From: Takakia lepidozioides
Taxonomy: Eukaryota > Plantae > Bryophyta
Length of the DNA: 64,000 bases
Reading direction: 5' to 3'
Assembly (NCBI GenBank): GCA_030704615.1
Contig: CM060732.1
Coordinates: 26,040,001-26,104,000 of the forward strand
How positions within the stretch are numbered: the first letter of the stretch is position 1; each line of letters starts with the position of its first letter. The notes below the pieces were generated by a model. It ran no database searches and was not told the DNA's origin. It worked only from the letters and a program-made list of their open reading frames with translations. The position numbers and the translations under genes were made by a program. This document shows positions 25,151-37,486 of this stretch, piece by piece.

Positions 25151-27759
25151 CATCAGCGTTGACTGCCTTGAGTAGTACGTAGCTGCAGTTTTTGGGCTGT
25201 TTGTGAAGCCCCTCTCTGGTTACTTGTTGTTTCATGCTTTCTCTTGTCCCAGAAGCTCTTTGATGGGAGTTTGATTGACGCGGTTTATAAAAAGTAGCAT
25301 AATTTCATGTTCTCTCTTTGCACAGTCATTATATTAATTATATGTATATATCATGGTTTTGTCAAGTTGTGATCATGAATGGAGCATGAATGTGATCATG
25401 GTCACCAAGGACCATTCACCGTTGATCTGTCCATACGGAAATTAATCGTGAGTTTCGGGAATGGTGGATATATGTAACCCTAATCATGGCATAGCAGGCC
25501 AAAGTTGAGTGAGGGCGTTGTCACAAATATGAAAGCGTTGCCCAAACACACGTAACTTATACGATTGAGCAAGTTGACAGTGGACACCTTGATGATGCAG
25601 TGTGGGGTAAACCCTGGCTCAAGCAGCCTCCCTCGCCCTCGGTCACTAAACCTACACACTAAAAAAGGATGAGGTTTTTTTCCTATGACATGCAACAGGT
25701 GATTTGGGTTTGAACCCATCACCACTAACGAGGCGGCTTGTGGGTTTTCAGCGTTATTACCACACTAATTAGGCGGCAAAGTCAGTGGTTTGTGGTCCGA
25801 CTAAGAATATGGGAAATGAGAGGCAAACAAGTTGACGGGCAGCGGCTGGCATCGCTTCGTTACCAGTCCATGGGCCTGCCTTCAGTGCCCGAGTCATTGG
25901 AACACGCGAGGATAACTGCCTCAAGCATTTGACATCACGAATCAAAACTTGCTCTACGTCGGAGAAACACTATTGCTACATTGATAGTACACTGCAAGTA
26001 TGAGTAATTCTCACTGCGCTAATCCATGGCCACCAAGCAATTATGCATGTAAGTAGTCTGAAATCATGCGTAGGTGATAAATCTCTAATTAGGTGCAATA
26101 CTAGGTCAGAACATAATTTGTACAACATGCTTTGAGGGCCCCCACACGGGTGAGTGTCGGTAGGGGCAGGGCTGTACTGCTGCTGTGAGCGGGCCAGTAC
26201 TCCACTTTGACACGCTCTCCCTCTTGAATGACTAGGGATGGGTAGAGGCTGCAAGGTTATCCCAGCACAGCAGTGACCTTGCGTGATCAGCCCCATGCAG
26301 ATGTGGTGCAGCCAAGGTAGCGGTGTCCATTGTCAGAATCTATAGTACTCCACAATCATGTTGTTTACAAATTCATCCAAAGTTCAAGCCTCCCATCAAC
26401 ATGTGATATATGGGACTCACGGTGTCATAGTTGATTTAAATTCAATTGTTCTTATGGCTGTGACGTCTAGTGTCAAAGCTCTGTCAATAGACGTTCCAGA
26501 AGCTCACATACACATGCAGATTTGTGCTTTTGTGCTCCCAAATACAGAATGTAACCTTTCATGTACAAATATCTTTTGGGCAAAATATCAGTTGCTGGCA
26601 GCAATCGGTCAGCACTCGGTCACCACATTAAAGTTTGCCCATCCAGCTACATGCACATGCCACCAATGTAATTTGTAAAGTCCTCGGAAAGCTCATACGA
26701 GCTTATGGCAAAGATAGAGAAGGGCCCTCCAAAAGCAGCCCAAAGCACTGCAAAAGCACCTTCGTCTGAAAATGTGTTTGTGCCAAGGGCTACCTAGTGT
26801 GGATTCTTGCCACTAAGAACACCTAGAAAACTGGTTTTCCACTAAGCATGTGTAAAGGGAGGTATGGAATCTGGGTAGAGGCAGTTTGATGGCACCTGCC
26901 TAAATTAGGCTGTCTGATGAAGTTAAAACCAAGTTCAGCCAACAGATAGAGCCTCCATGTCTTCCTGCCGCGCGCTTTTTGAGCACAGCTTCCTTCCTCG
27001 CCATCCCTGCCTACACGCACCTCGTGTGCAAAGCAAACAGCTCTTATAATAGAAAAGCCCTAACTTTACACTCTTTACAAATTATTGATGAAGCCAATAT
27101 TGTCACCATCTAGCAGGAACAAACCCGCAGCATGCCACCATCCTCTCCGTTAGTAAGTACTTACTGTGAGTGAGAGACCAAGAAAGACCAATGCAGTCAG
27201 AGGAACAAGTCCTGTGGTAATAACTTCCTTGTGAGAATTAATTACCATCACTCCCCCTGGGGCACTCGTTCAACTCATCAGAGGCATAGCATTCCAGCGA
27301 TCATTTTGTCGTCCCATCACTCCAGCAAATCTGCGAAATAGTGAGCTGTAAGTTCGTTTACATCACATTCTTGGGTGAACATAAATCCAAGTGTCTACAG
27401 AATCTGGAAAGTTCGTAGCGATGGGGTCACATGAGCCCCAAGCTACAGTTTCCTACTTCTTATCACATTAAGAAAGGAGGCCTAGTTGCAGGCGCAATCA
27501 ACATTAATGCATATGTAACCCTCATGAAGCCTATCCTCTGGAGATCTCCAGGTGAACACAATCTGCTGTCACGCATGGCAGGAGATGCGACTCAACAGTT
27601 CTAACGTTTCCATGTCAGTTTGATATCATTATGTGAAGGAAGAAATATACACAAGTACTACCACTGTTTGTCTCATCTCATGAGCTGGTAAAATGAATCA
27701 ACATTCATTCATGTGTCATTTCATATTATCAAATGCTTGCTGGCTGCACGTCACCTTAT

Positions 27760-30700
27760 AAATCTTGTAGATGAAGTAGATTTTGTGCGGTCTACTTCTT
27801 TGGCCAGCAGGGGCCCAGCACGTCTTGAGTTCTTAAGATATTCTATAGACATGCCCCTCTGGTGTTTCAGTGCAGCCTGGATTGAGTTTTATTGCTGCAT
27901 CAGATCATCATCTGCATTGGTGAATCCAAAGAAGGATGAGGTTTTCCATACTAATTACATGACCCATCCTAATTTTGCCCAAGTAGGCCCGTACAAGAAA
28001 ACTACAGTCATATCAACATTCCTCAAGGAATTTTAACTGCTGTAGCTCTCATTTCCCAAGGCTGTACTACTTCTGTGTCTCAACATCTCCAATACACGTC
28101 AGGACATAGTCCTCGTTGCAATGATAAGAGCTCGGTGGAAAGTTTTTGACTGCGCATATGTCCTTTTTGTAATGGACTACGGCCATGTCATAGGCTCGTG
28201 CTGCTTGAACTTGATCCTCTGTAGCACCAGTACGACCAGTATATATATTAATATTTGTACTGAATGGAGTGGAACTATGAAGCGCACTCAGATACATTAC
28301 TTTCCTTGTTCAAACAACAGCTCTTGAGCAACTAGACTTATGAGAGATCACTTACCTCATGAGTAACAACATTTGAACAATCGAAAGTGATGATATTAGT
28401 ACTCTTTATGTAATATTATACTCACCAAAGACTCCGAGATGCAAAGTCTTTCTTGATTTTGATCCTTCCAGAGTGTCCGAGTTAATCGTATAACTCAGTC
28501 GCGCAGCCCATTTCCGATTTCGCAACCTGCCAGAGGACATCCAGGTTCAATTAGTGGCCATCTTCACTAGACCAATATTGAGATAATAATAACAAGTAAT
28601 TAGGGTTGGTACCATCACGCACTTTTGGATGCCAATGTACTTGATGCTGCCTCCTTTGGTTCTCGGCCTGCAGTCATTGAGCTGGAAGTCAGTAAGAATT
28701 TTTTTAATCAAACAATCTATAATGTCGAGAGATCCTATGTCAAGTTGAACCCTCGCAACTCTTCTAGTCCCCAATAAATCGATTTCTCAATGAGAAATGT
28801 CTTACAAGTTCCCATAGTAAGATAGATGATCTGTAGATTGTTGTTGTAGTGGGCATTACTCTTTCTAGTGACTGTGTGTAAATTAAGTACTTTGTTTCTA
28901 AGTCCTTCTGAAATCAGATAGGCCAGGTATTGTGCTGTGCACAAGGTATATATAAAAACTGTTGGTCATAGTCACTCACCTCTTGCTGTACCATAGGGAG
29001 TCATCGAAATTGTACTTGAACTTCTCCAATTGCTCCGTGTAGTTATCTGTCTGCAAGGTAAGTATCAAATTACATGTCAGTGTGAGGTCAGTAGTGATCC
29101 ATCTAGTTTTCATTATAATTATCATATGCTATATAAAATTAATGAACTGACTCACCGGAAAATTGAACTTGTAGTTCTTCTTGAGGCGATCATACCCCAG
29201 CATCAAAGCTGCCAAGTCATGGACCTGGGCAGCCTCTAGCTCCAATTCGTAAGCACCTAACACACATCAGAAATGAGGTTACATGAAAATCAAGCTATAC
29301 ACCAGGCTAGCTGTACAGTGCTGTTGATTAGCTCTACTTAGGGTTGATATTGTTAACCAAGACTAATTTGCAGGAGAGTAAACAGTTCTGCAAGAAAGGA
29401 ACTATAATTGTGTGTAGCTGGGTGGTAAGAGTCTCACCAAGATACTATAAATTAGATCAGAGTTTGATGTTAGTACAACAGCGCGAGCAACGAGCGGTTC
29501 AAAGACATTGAAGGTAGGTTCCACACATGCATGCATCCAAACAACACAAATTGAAAAAATTTAGTCAGTAATTTGAGACTAGTACAACATACACTTCCCT
29601 ACCTGTCACTTTCCTATGTAAGGGGAAGCACTTGTTCAACGTAACTTAGCATTTGTATTAATCTAGGTTCGAGTATCGATAGTAAGAACTTTTCAGATGA
29701 TAAATGCAGGACTTGAAGATCATTACAATTTTGATCACCACCTATCTGATCCCACATAACAGCCTTTTTCAGTCAATATTAGTAGATATGCTGTACATAG
29801 ACTTTATGAACATTCCACCAATTTCCCTTCTTGTGAGAGTTAGGAGGGAAAAAAAATGATCTCTCCATAATTAATGCATCCCTAATCATAATCCTAGCCG
29901 GATCGCCTGCAAATACCTTGTTTCCGAATGCGGTGGTTGGTGGAAATTTGAGCCTCGTACAACTTGGAAATACTATGCTGATAGACCCCATGATACTCTG
30001 AGGATGGGGCCAGTTCCAATGGAGGGTTGTCGACCGAGTCTGCACGGGACAGTTGGGGATATACTCCAAGAGTAGTGTATGCTTCCCCTGCGACGTCCTG
30101 CAGTCACACAGTAATGAGACCAATATGGTTAGCTGGCATAAACTGCCAAATAATTACTATAACCTGCCAATATGAAGGGAATAGAACATGACTGGAAAAC
30201 ACCACAACCACCTAACTTGCTGCAAGCATGAGGGGATCGATATAGAACATGCCTGCTCACTAGAGTCATTGCAATCGATCATGATTTCGCTTATGGCTCT
30301 CCCCTCGATAGGGTGCAGTACCCGCAAGGGGTAGTGGCTCTCGTTGGCTTCCATGACTCCTAGTGTAGGAGTGACAAGGTCCGACACCTGCCTGATCTGA
30401 TCCTCCGAATAAAGACCTTGAGGGATTTTGGCTTGCATGAGCTCAGGCTCGAGTTGAGGCATCTGCACAAGGTCGGCAAGATGGTGAAATAGCTCTTTCT
30501 CGACAAGATCAATCTCTTCACCAGGGTGCAGCACCAGCAAGGGGGAGTGGCTCTTGTTGACTCTCGCATCCATAACTCCTAGTGTTGGAGTGACAAGGTC
30601 TGACATCTGCCTGATCACCTGATCGTCCAAATGAAGACCTTGATCAGGGATTTTGGCTTTCATGAGCTCAGGCTCTAGTTTAGGCATCTGCAGAAGGTCG

Positions 30701-30765
30701 GGGAGATATTCAAATAAAATGTCAATCTCTTTACCGTAGTCTCCAGCGCCATTCGTAGATTCCAT
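27760..30765 (-). CDS. Divergent double-AP2 transcription factor gene A (ANT/WRI-like exon pattern), possibly pseudogenised; 3' end approximate
   Basis: Exons: 30765-30215 N-terminus; SSEYHGVYQHSISKLYEAQI..KQG (about 30010-29917); candidate micro-exon 29444-29438; GAYELELEAAQVHDLAALMLG..KFNFP (29256-29156); linker TDNYTEQLEKF..YSKR; SIKYIGIQK; RKWAARLSY..LHLGVF; TEDQVQAARAYDMAVVHYK..KNFP. Confidence 0.75.
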
Positions 30766-30929
30766 GCTTCTAGTTCAAACCCAAACCTGCGGCCCATAAG
30801 TGCAGTGTCAGAGAAGATGAGATCATGCAGGAACCTAACACCAAATTAACCTATGAGCGACAAGTAATAATTCTGTGGTCAGCAAAGAAAACATTGAGTA
30901 CAGGCAGCACGTCCAACTAGGACCCAAAC

Positions 30930-31118
30930 CTGTGAGCGACAGATCTGTTGCAAAGAAAACATTCACATGCATGCAGCAACAACAACTAGCTGAACCCAAT
31001 GCAAACCTGTGAGAGGCCTGTGAGCGACAGATCTGTTGCAAGGAAAACATTCACATGCATGCAGCAACAACAACTAGCTGAACCCAATGCAAACCTGTGA
31101 GAGGCCTGTGAGCGACAG
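30930..31118. repeat. ~88-bp near-perfect tandem repeat (2+ copies)
   Basis: CTGTGAGCGACAGA starts at about 30930, 31018 and 31106. Confidence 0.9.
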
Positions 31119-32323
31119 AATTGTGGCCGCGAAGAAGACAAAGGCCCCAACTACTCAGACATAAACCTGCCCGCTGCAAGTTGAGTGGTGAGAGAGCGCA
31201 GCCTGCAGCTGCTTGCTTGCGCTTTGTAGCACTTGTCAGCCTCGTGAGGCTCGCCGATCTCGGGGGAAGAGCCATCGCTGATCTCCATGCTGATCTCGCG
31301 GGGCACGATCCTCCTTCTCCTCCGCGAAGCTAATATCTCATTACCATAACGCATGCTACATGCTATATTAAACCATAATCCCGACATACCGTATTAATTC
31401 CACAGAGATACCGACAATATCCATCTGTTGCTCTACTTCTGGAATCGAACCCTCGCTACCACGGGATGGCAGGGCCAAAACTATTTCAAAAAAGAAAACG
31501 AGTCTGCTGTGTCCAGAGTGGTACAACTCCATGAACAACGTACCTCCATGAAGGTAATTATTAGATACCAAGAAGAAGGAAGGAAAAGACAAACCCTAGG
31601 GCTTGAGATCCATGGCGCGATGGACGCTCTCAACGTCGAGACTGTGAGGCCGTCCGATCATCACGCGCGGAGCCGGCTTGTTTGCGCGGCGAGTGGCATT
31701 GTCTCGATCGTAAGTGGGCACCAAGGTGGGCAACGGGACGATTTTGCAAGATATGAAGGCAGCTACTAGTCTGGAGAACAAGGGCGGGAAGGGTACTGTG
31801 ATATGTGTAGCCCTGGCCAAAACGAAGGTTTTTCGCTTGGAGAGGTTTTCCTTTATCGGAAACCTCCTAACTTATTTGTGCGTGACTGTGGCTGACAGCA
31901 CACCAATCTTCAGATTCGTACTGTACCTTGGATTTGGAGTGGATTTTTTGCACCTTAAGCAACACATTTCTTTGTGTCATTGCAGGTGCAGGGAAAGCTG
32001 AATGCGTGCAGTTGCTGTGGGTATAGTCTGGACAACTGTTTGATCCTGCGCATCCCAAATTGAAGCCGCTTACGTGCAGCAGCGGAACAACAACAGCCGC
32101 ACGGCATACAAGTCTCGGCGTCAAGAATGTGATTCATGGCCTTCTTTTGGGAATGCGGGTACCGCGTGGCCAGTTTCATCTTAAGATGGAGAAGGGACTT
32201 TAGCTCTTACTTTTAGTAAATCGCTGCCGGCCTGAGGGATCCTATTCTTGAGCAGATTAACCGAGGCTTCTGGAGAGCGACACTTTAGCTCCGACCTGTC
32301 TTCTGGGATTTCAACAACGCACA

Positions 32324-32569
32324 ATGGACAATGCCCATGGATATAACCAGAGGAGGCGTTATGACTCTTTTAGGGGACACAACTATTCCACCGGTTTACA
32401 TATAAGGGATTCACCTGCGGATGTCTATACCGCCCGGGTGCAACCATATGTTCCGGAACCGGTTGATGATCCACCTCTGGCAGGAATGATATTTGGATGC
32501 ACGACTCAGACTTATCAAGAGTGCATGCGGCTGCAGCTGTTTGGACTGCCAGCCAAGAATAAAAGCCAG
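32324..32569 (+). CDS. First exon of a DCD (development and cell death) domain protein; rest of domain not found
   Basis: LAGMIFGCTTQTYQECMRLQLFGLPAKNKSQ followed by donor CAG|gtaat. Confidence 0.7.
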
Positions 32570-33188
32570 GTAATCATTTCAAGAAGTATTCCATTGTTCA
32601 TCATCCACTCAAGTCTCTTCCACCTCAGCTCTCAAATTTTGCAGTTTGCATGCGACCATCTCCAGGGATTGGAGCTTTCCAAGTTCAACTCTAGTTTTTG
32701 TTTGTAATATGTGTTTGGCCTTGTCAACTGTGCTTTATGCAGAAACAGATGAAAGGGTGCTGGTAGGATTTCATGTGCAATGATTTGAAATATTGCTGAT
32801 TCCAAATTTGCTCCTCCCTGTCGTTCAGACTGTTTTGGAGTTGGATGTGACTGTTTACCTTATATGTGTTGCAGATTCCAGCCAGTTGGTTGAGAGCTTG
32901 AAGCCGCCTCTTCTTTAAATGTACATTGTGTTTTTTCCTCCACTTCTCACACCCATTCTGTGACAGGAAAATGGAAGATGGACCCTAAGACATCAACCAA
33001 GGCACCCAGCTGACGCAAACTTGTTTGAGGTTTGAGACACTCTCCCCTTGTACAGGCCAAATCTGAGCTATTTAATTCTACGGGCTGTAGTATTGGACGG
33101 GATCATGCTGGTGGATGAAGAGAGGAAATTGATGATGTGCCAAATCGATCTGTCATTTGGTGAAAAAAACAGGCTTGCGCTGTGTTGA

Positions 33189-33611
33189 ATGTTCCGAGGA
33201 AGGAGTCTGGGCGGCTGCATTGAGGTCGACAACGAGGTGCATGCATTTGCTGTACAAGACAACTTACATCCACAAATCAAGGAAATCTATGCTGAGATAA
33301 AGAGATTGTCTGGGGAAATGGAGGAGGCGGGGTATGTGCCTGACACATGCTTTGTTTTGCATGATGTGGAGGAGGAGCGAAAGGAGATTTCTCTTGGCCA
33401 CCACAGTGAGAAACTGGCAATTGCATTCGGGCTCATCAGCACACCACCTGGGACACCTATCCGGGTTATCAAGAACCTTAGGGTGTGTGGTGACTGCCAT
33501 ACAGCTGCCAAGTTCATCTCAAAGCTAGTGGGTCGTGTTGTCATTGTACGGGATTCCAACCGCTTTCACCACTTCCAAGATGGTGTTTGTTCGTGTGGGG
33601 ACTATTGGTGA
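33189..33611 (+). CDS. E+/DYW cytidine-deaminase domain of a PPR RNA-editing factor, without an upstream PPR array
   Basis: [57 protein letters not shown]. Confidence 0.92.
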   Translation: MFRGRSLGGCIEVDNEVHAFAVQDNLHPQIKEIYAEIKRLSGEMEEAGYVPDTCFVLHDVEEERKEISLGHHSEKLAIAFGLISTPPGTPIRVIKNLRVCGDCHTAAKFISKLVGRVVIVRDSNRFHHFQDGVCSCGDYW

Positions 33612-35809
33612 ACCAACATGCGTAAATCAAAGTGTGTATTTTCAGTTGTGAAGGCTGCAGTATTGTGTGCTGCCCCGGAGCTTCTGTTTTAAAGTTCAGC
33701 CAGGAACTTTTAGATGGGCAATTCACACCGAGGTTGCAGAATTGTACATGTCTTCACTCAACCATCTTTGTCCCTCCAAGCCTGGTGGTGTCAATCACGC
33801 CACAGCAGGTATGCTTTACTTAGAAGGCTTTGCCCTAGGTGCATGAGTGTGTTCTTCTGGCTGTAGCTTCAATGGGTCTGTTTCAATTAAAAGTGGCGAG
33901 TTGACAATTCAATTGCATAGTGCTTGACCAGTAGCTGTGTGAGTAGACTAGGCTTGTCAAGTCTACCACCCGATTGTTTTTGTGAGGACTTACTGGGACT
34001 GCCTGGCAAGCAGGACTCTCTTCTTGACTCTAGGTGCTCTGAATGCCTACAAGCTACCCATGGGAAGGTGTGGAAGAGTTGGAGGCATTGTATTCGATGG
34101 AGGGCATACGTGCATGCAAACAGGGAAAACGGAGTGCCAAAGCAATCCCATCTAGGTAAACATGTAGTCATGATTTACGAACCAGACTGATGAAACCTGG
34201 GGGGCTCATCATCTTGCAACTACCTAGCACAGTCCTTCGAAGTCAACTTCTAGCCACACTGGTAACTAGTGGAAGAGGTGGAGTCTGCCTGGCCAACACT
34301 AAAGTTTTGGTCCTGATGTTGTATGTATCCAGCAATTCATTTTTCCAAGTAATTATCTCCAGTCACTTTTAGAAGGCTCCATTTATAACCGGTAATAGTC
34401 TGTCACACCTCTTCTGTAGTCCTGGCATCAATTTATGTGCTTGCTTGTCTGAACTGGTTATAGCACTATTATTACTGTGCGATCTGAAAAAGCAACTTGT
34501 GGGGTCTCTGTCCATTTAGGGATAGGAGGGCAGACATTGTTGAATTAGATGAGGAGAGAGAAGGGAAATGAAATGAAATGAAATGGTACTTATAATGTCC
34601 ACGGAAAGCTCATAGAGCTTATGGGACAAAATGGAAGAAAACAACAAAACCAGAGCCAAAAATAAAAAACTATTGCTATAGTGATTGTCTGAGGGTGAAG
34701 GCCTCGCACAGGTAACTGCCAAGCATTTCTGATCCTCAAAGTGGAAGACTTCAGTGAGAGTGTAACATGGGATGTACCGCAAAGCATCCCTTGGAATTTT
34801 TTGCAACATGGACATCTGCCAAAAGGTGAAACTTCGCATGAAAATTGCAATGGCTGTAATTTTTGTTTTTTCATGCGAAGGCTGTAATTTTTGTTCATGT
34901 TTCATTATCTTCTGAACTGATGTGGTATCTGGAGTGGTTTGCCACCACAAATGGAAAGGTCTAATTTGTTGGTTCTGTCTGAGACCTAATTTTGCCCTTG
35001 ACAGGGCAGGGCAGTGTTGTTGGGGATCCAAATGCCAGGCTTAGGGTCTGTAGGGGTTGATGAGGTAAACGAAGTAAATGGCCGGATGATGCTAGAACAA
35101 CTGGTTGTGTCCCAAGAATGGGGAGTGGGAGTGTTTCGTGTGCAGAGAGATCTTCATTGATCTTAGCAGCATGCAAACAAAGTTGACTGTGAAGAAGTGG
35201 CTACATACAGAAAGAAATAGCTCTTAGCAATGTTTCCATGAAGATATGAATCCTTCCTTAAGATGGTTCGTCTTATAGTCATATTGGAAAAAGGTTGGTG
35301 AACTGGTGCGTGTTACATGTGAAAAGGCATGTGAAAGGGCACATATGATCATGGCGAATTCGTTCTTGAAAACATGTGGAGTGGTATCTTGGGGTGTGAT
35401 CATTCAAGTGAGCGCGTACACTTCTACATGGAGCGATGAACCTCAAGGTTCAAAATCTGGAGTTAAAAGGTTATGATTACTGTTTGCAGAAGTCACAAAG
35501 CTCCCAGCAAAGAGCCAAAAAGAAGCTTTAGAGTCTCCCCATTGTATCGCATCATCAAGAGCCTCACACTCACAGAGATGGTTTGATTCTTCTGGCCGAA
35601 GCAGGTGGAATTAAGAGCCACTTCACCTTGCGGCAATTGCTTCCTATGGGGCTTGGGCTTCTGGATGGAGGAATTTCTAAGATTGCTAGTCCTCTTGTTG
35701 GAAAGAGCCAAAAGAAGATTTGAGAGTGTTCGAGTGTGTTGCAATTATGGGTAGTGAGATGTTGAAAGGGGGATATTGTATGGATAGTTCTGTAAGGTAA
35801 AAGGAGGAT

Positions 35810-36283
35810 ATGGCTAGGCCCCCTAGAAGACGCAAAGTCCAACGCAAATGCCCAAAAGAACCTCGAGAGTTTCCATCTGACTTGCAGACATCGGAAGAGG
35901 CTGGTGCTGAGGTGGAGGCCTTGGCGGGTACGATGAAATGGATGGAGGAACTAGATTATCTAGAGTATTTCGCAGGTAGGCACAAAATCGAAGACCTGAA
36001 TGCGTTGCAAGAGCTGAGTAAGCATTCTGCGTTGGAATTTTTCTTGGGACTCTTTATCGTGCATGGCTTGCAAAATTACTACTCTCGCAACAGGAATGTA
36101 AGATGTCTCGTATGTGGGCAGAACGTCATGGATCTAAAAACCCTAATCCAGCACGGAGAAAGGATCAGATATGATGAAGCTGCTATTGACCCTATCGTTT
36201 TGGTGGGCTTGGTGGGCTATCACGCCGGGCTTAGTTGGGCACTTCGAATTCTTCAGACCCAAGGAATTTTAGAGATGAGATGA
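35810..36283 (+). CDS. Hypothetical 157-aa protein with possible CxxC..H..H zinc finger
   Basis: Intronless ATG-initiated ORF; FFLGLF..YY..RCLVCG..LIQH..YH pattern reminiscent of plant XS-type zinc fingers. Confidence 0.45.
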   Translation: MARPPRRRKVQRKCPKEPREFPSDLQTSEEAGAEVEALAGTMKWMEELDYLEYFAGRHKIEDLNALQELSKHSALEFFLGLFIVHGLQNYYSRNRNVRCLVCGQNVMDLKTLIQHGERIRYDEAAIDPIVLVGLVGYHAGLSWALRILQTQGILEMR

Positions 36284-37486
36284 AATACACGTAAACTCAT
36301 CTTTTAGATCGGCATTTCCATGTCATGTCTTATTAGTGTCCCATCAGAATTTTTTTCCGAAGACAAAAGATAACTTGCAACCATATATATATATAAAACC
36401 ACAATGAGAAGTTGTTCTCCAGGGCTTCAGTTCCCTGTTCTTAAAAGAAAAGAAAAAAGGAAAAAAAGAAAAAAAGAAGTTGACCCCACTACTTGTGTGT
36501 GGTGGTCTACCCACGTCATCGATAATCTTGTGCAGGCACATGCTTCCTGCAGAGGCATCTGTACCACAAGCCAAAGGTTTCAAGACTTGCAAGATGAAGA
36601 TTGTTCTTGCAACGGCTAATGGGGTGGGGTAGGGTGCCTGTTTGATCATTCTATCAAGTTGATCAAGCACCTGCAAAATCACTCTCCAATTCCGCTGCCA
36701 AGCACCAATAAAATGTTCAAGAAATGAGAATACTACAATTAATTTGTGGAACAGAAATGGCTTCCGAGAAGGCAATGAAGGTTAGCACTTTCCTGTGAAA
36801 CATGACAAACATGATCTTTAGACTAAACAGATGGCTTGATTTTTACTAATCTGAATTATTTGAATCTAGAACATTGTCTCCTTTATTGCTCTGCCCCAAG
36901 AGATATAATTTCTTGTTTTGTTTTGCTTCCAAGGAAACACCAGCCGGCCAAGCAACTACCAAGGCCTGGAGGGGGAGTACAAACGTTCCAACCCCAAAAA
37001 TCATCGTCATTGCAAGTTGCCATTTTCCCAGTCAGGTTGCTGGGTTTCTTTTTTAATAAATTATTTTCTAAAGGCATGTGGGGCCTGGGTCATTAACTTT
37101 TATTGATAAAGGGGGAAAAAAAAACCCCGCAAAGAGGCCATGAGGCAAAGAATACACCGAGGGACGAGCCCAGACAGAACAAGTGGGTTGTGTTCAGTTC
37201 CCAAGCGACCTGAATCGGGTCACTTTGAATTTGAGGTTCGACCTAATTTTTGCAGATCTAATCTGATGGGGCCCACTCCTGAAGCTTTAGTGACAAGGGA
37301 TTTGTCTCGAGTATGATGCAAAAAACAAAACTAAAAAAAAACAAAAGCTGCGACCTACAAAAAATATCTTAGATCTCATTTTTACGTTTTGGGCCTGAAA
37401 AGGACTTGTTTACCGCTGATGTGGCAGGTAAACAAGCCCAAAACAGATTGCACCCCAAAAGCCATTTTTGGCAGAAAATTAGCTAT

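Noticed and set aside
25695-25775. tRNA-like B-box (GGTTCAAACCC) on the - strand
   Set aside because: No convincing cloverleaf; at most a SINE remnant
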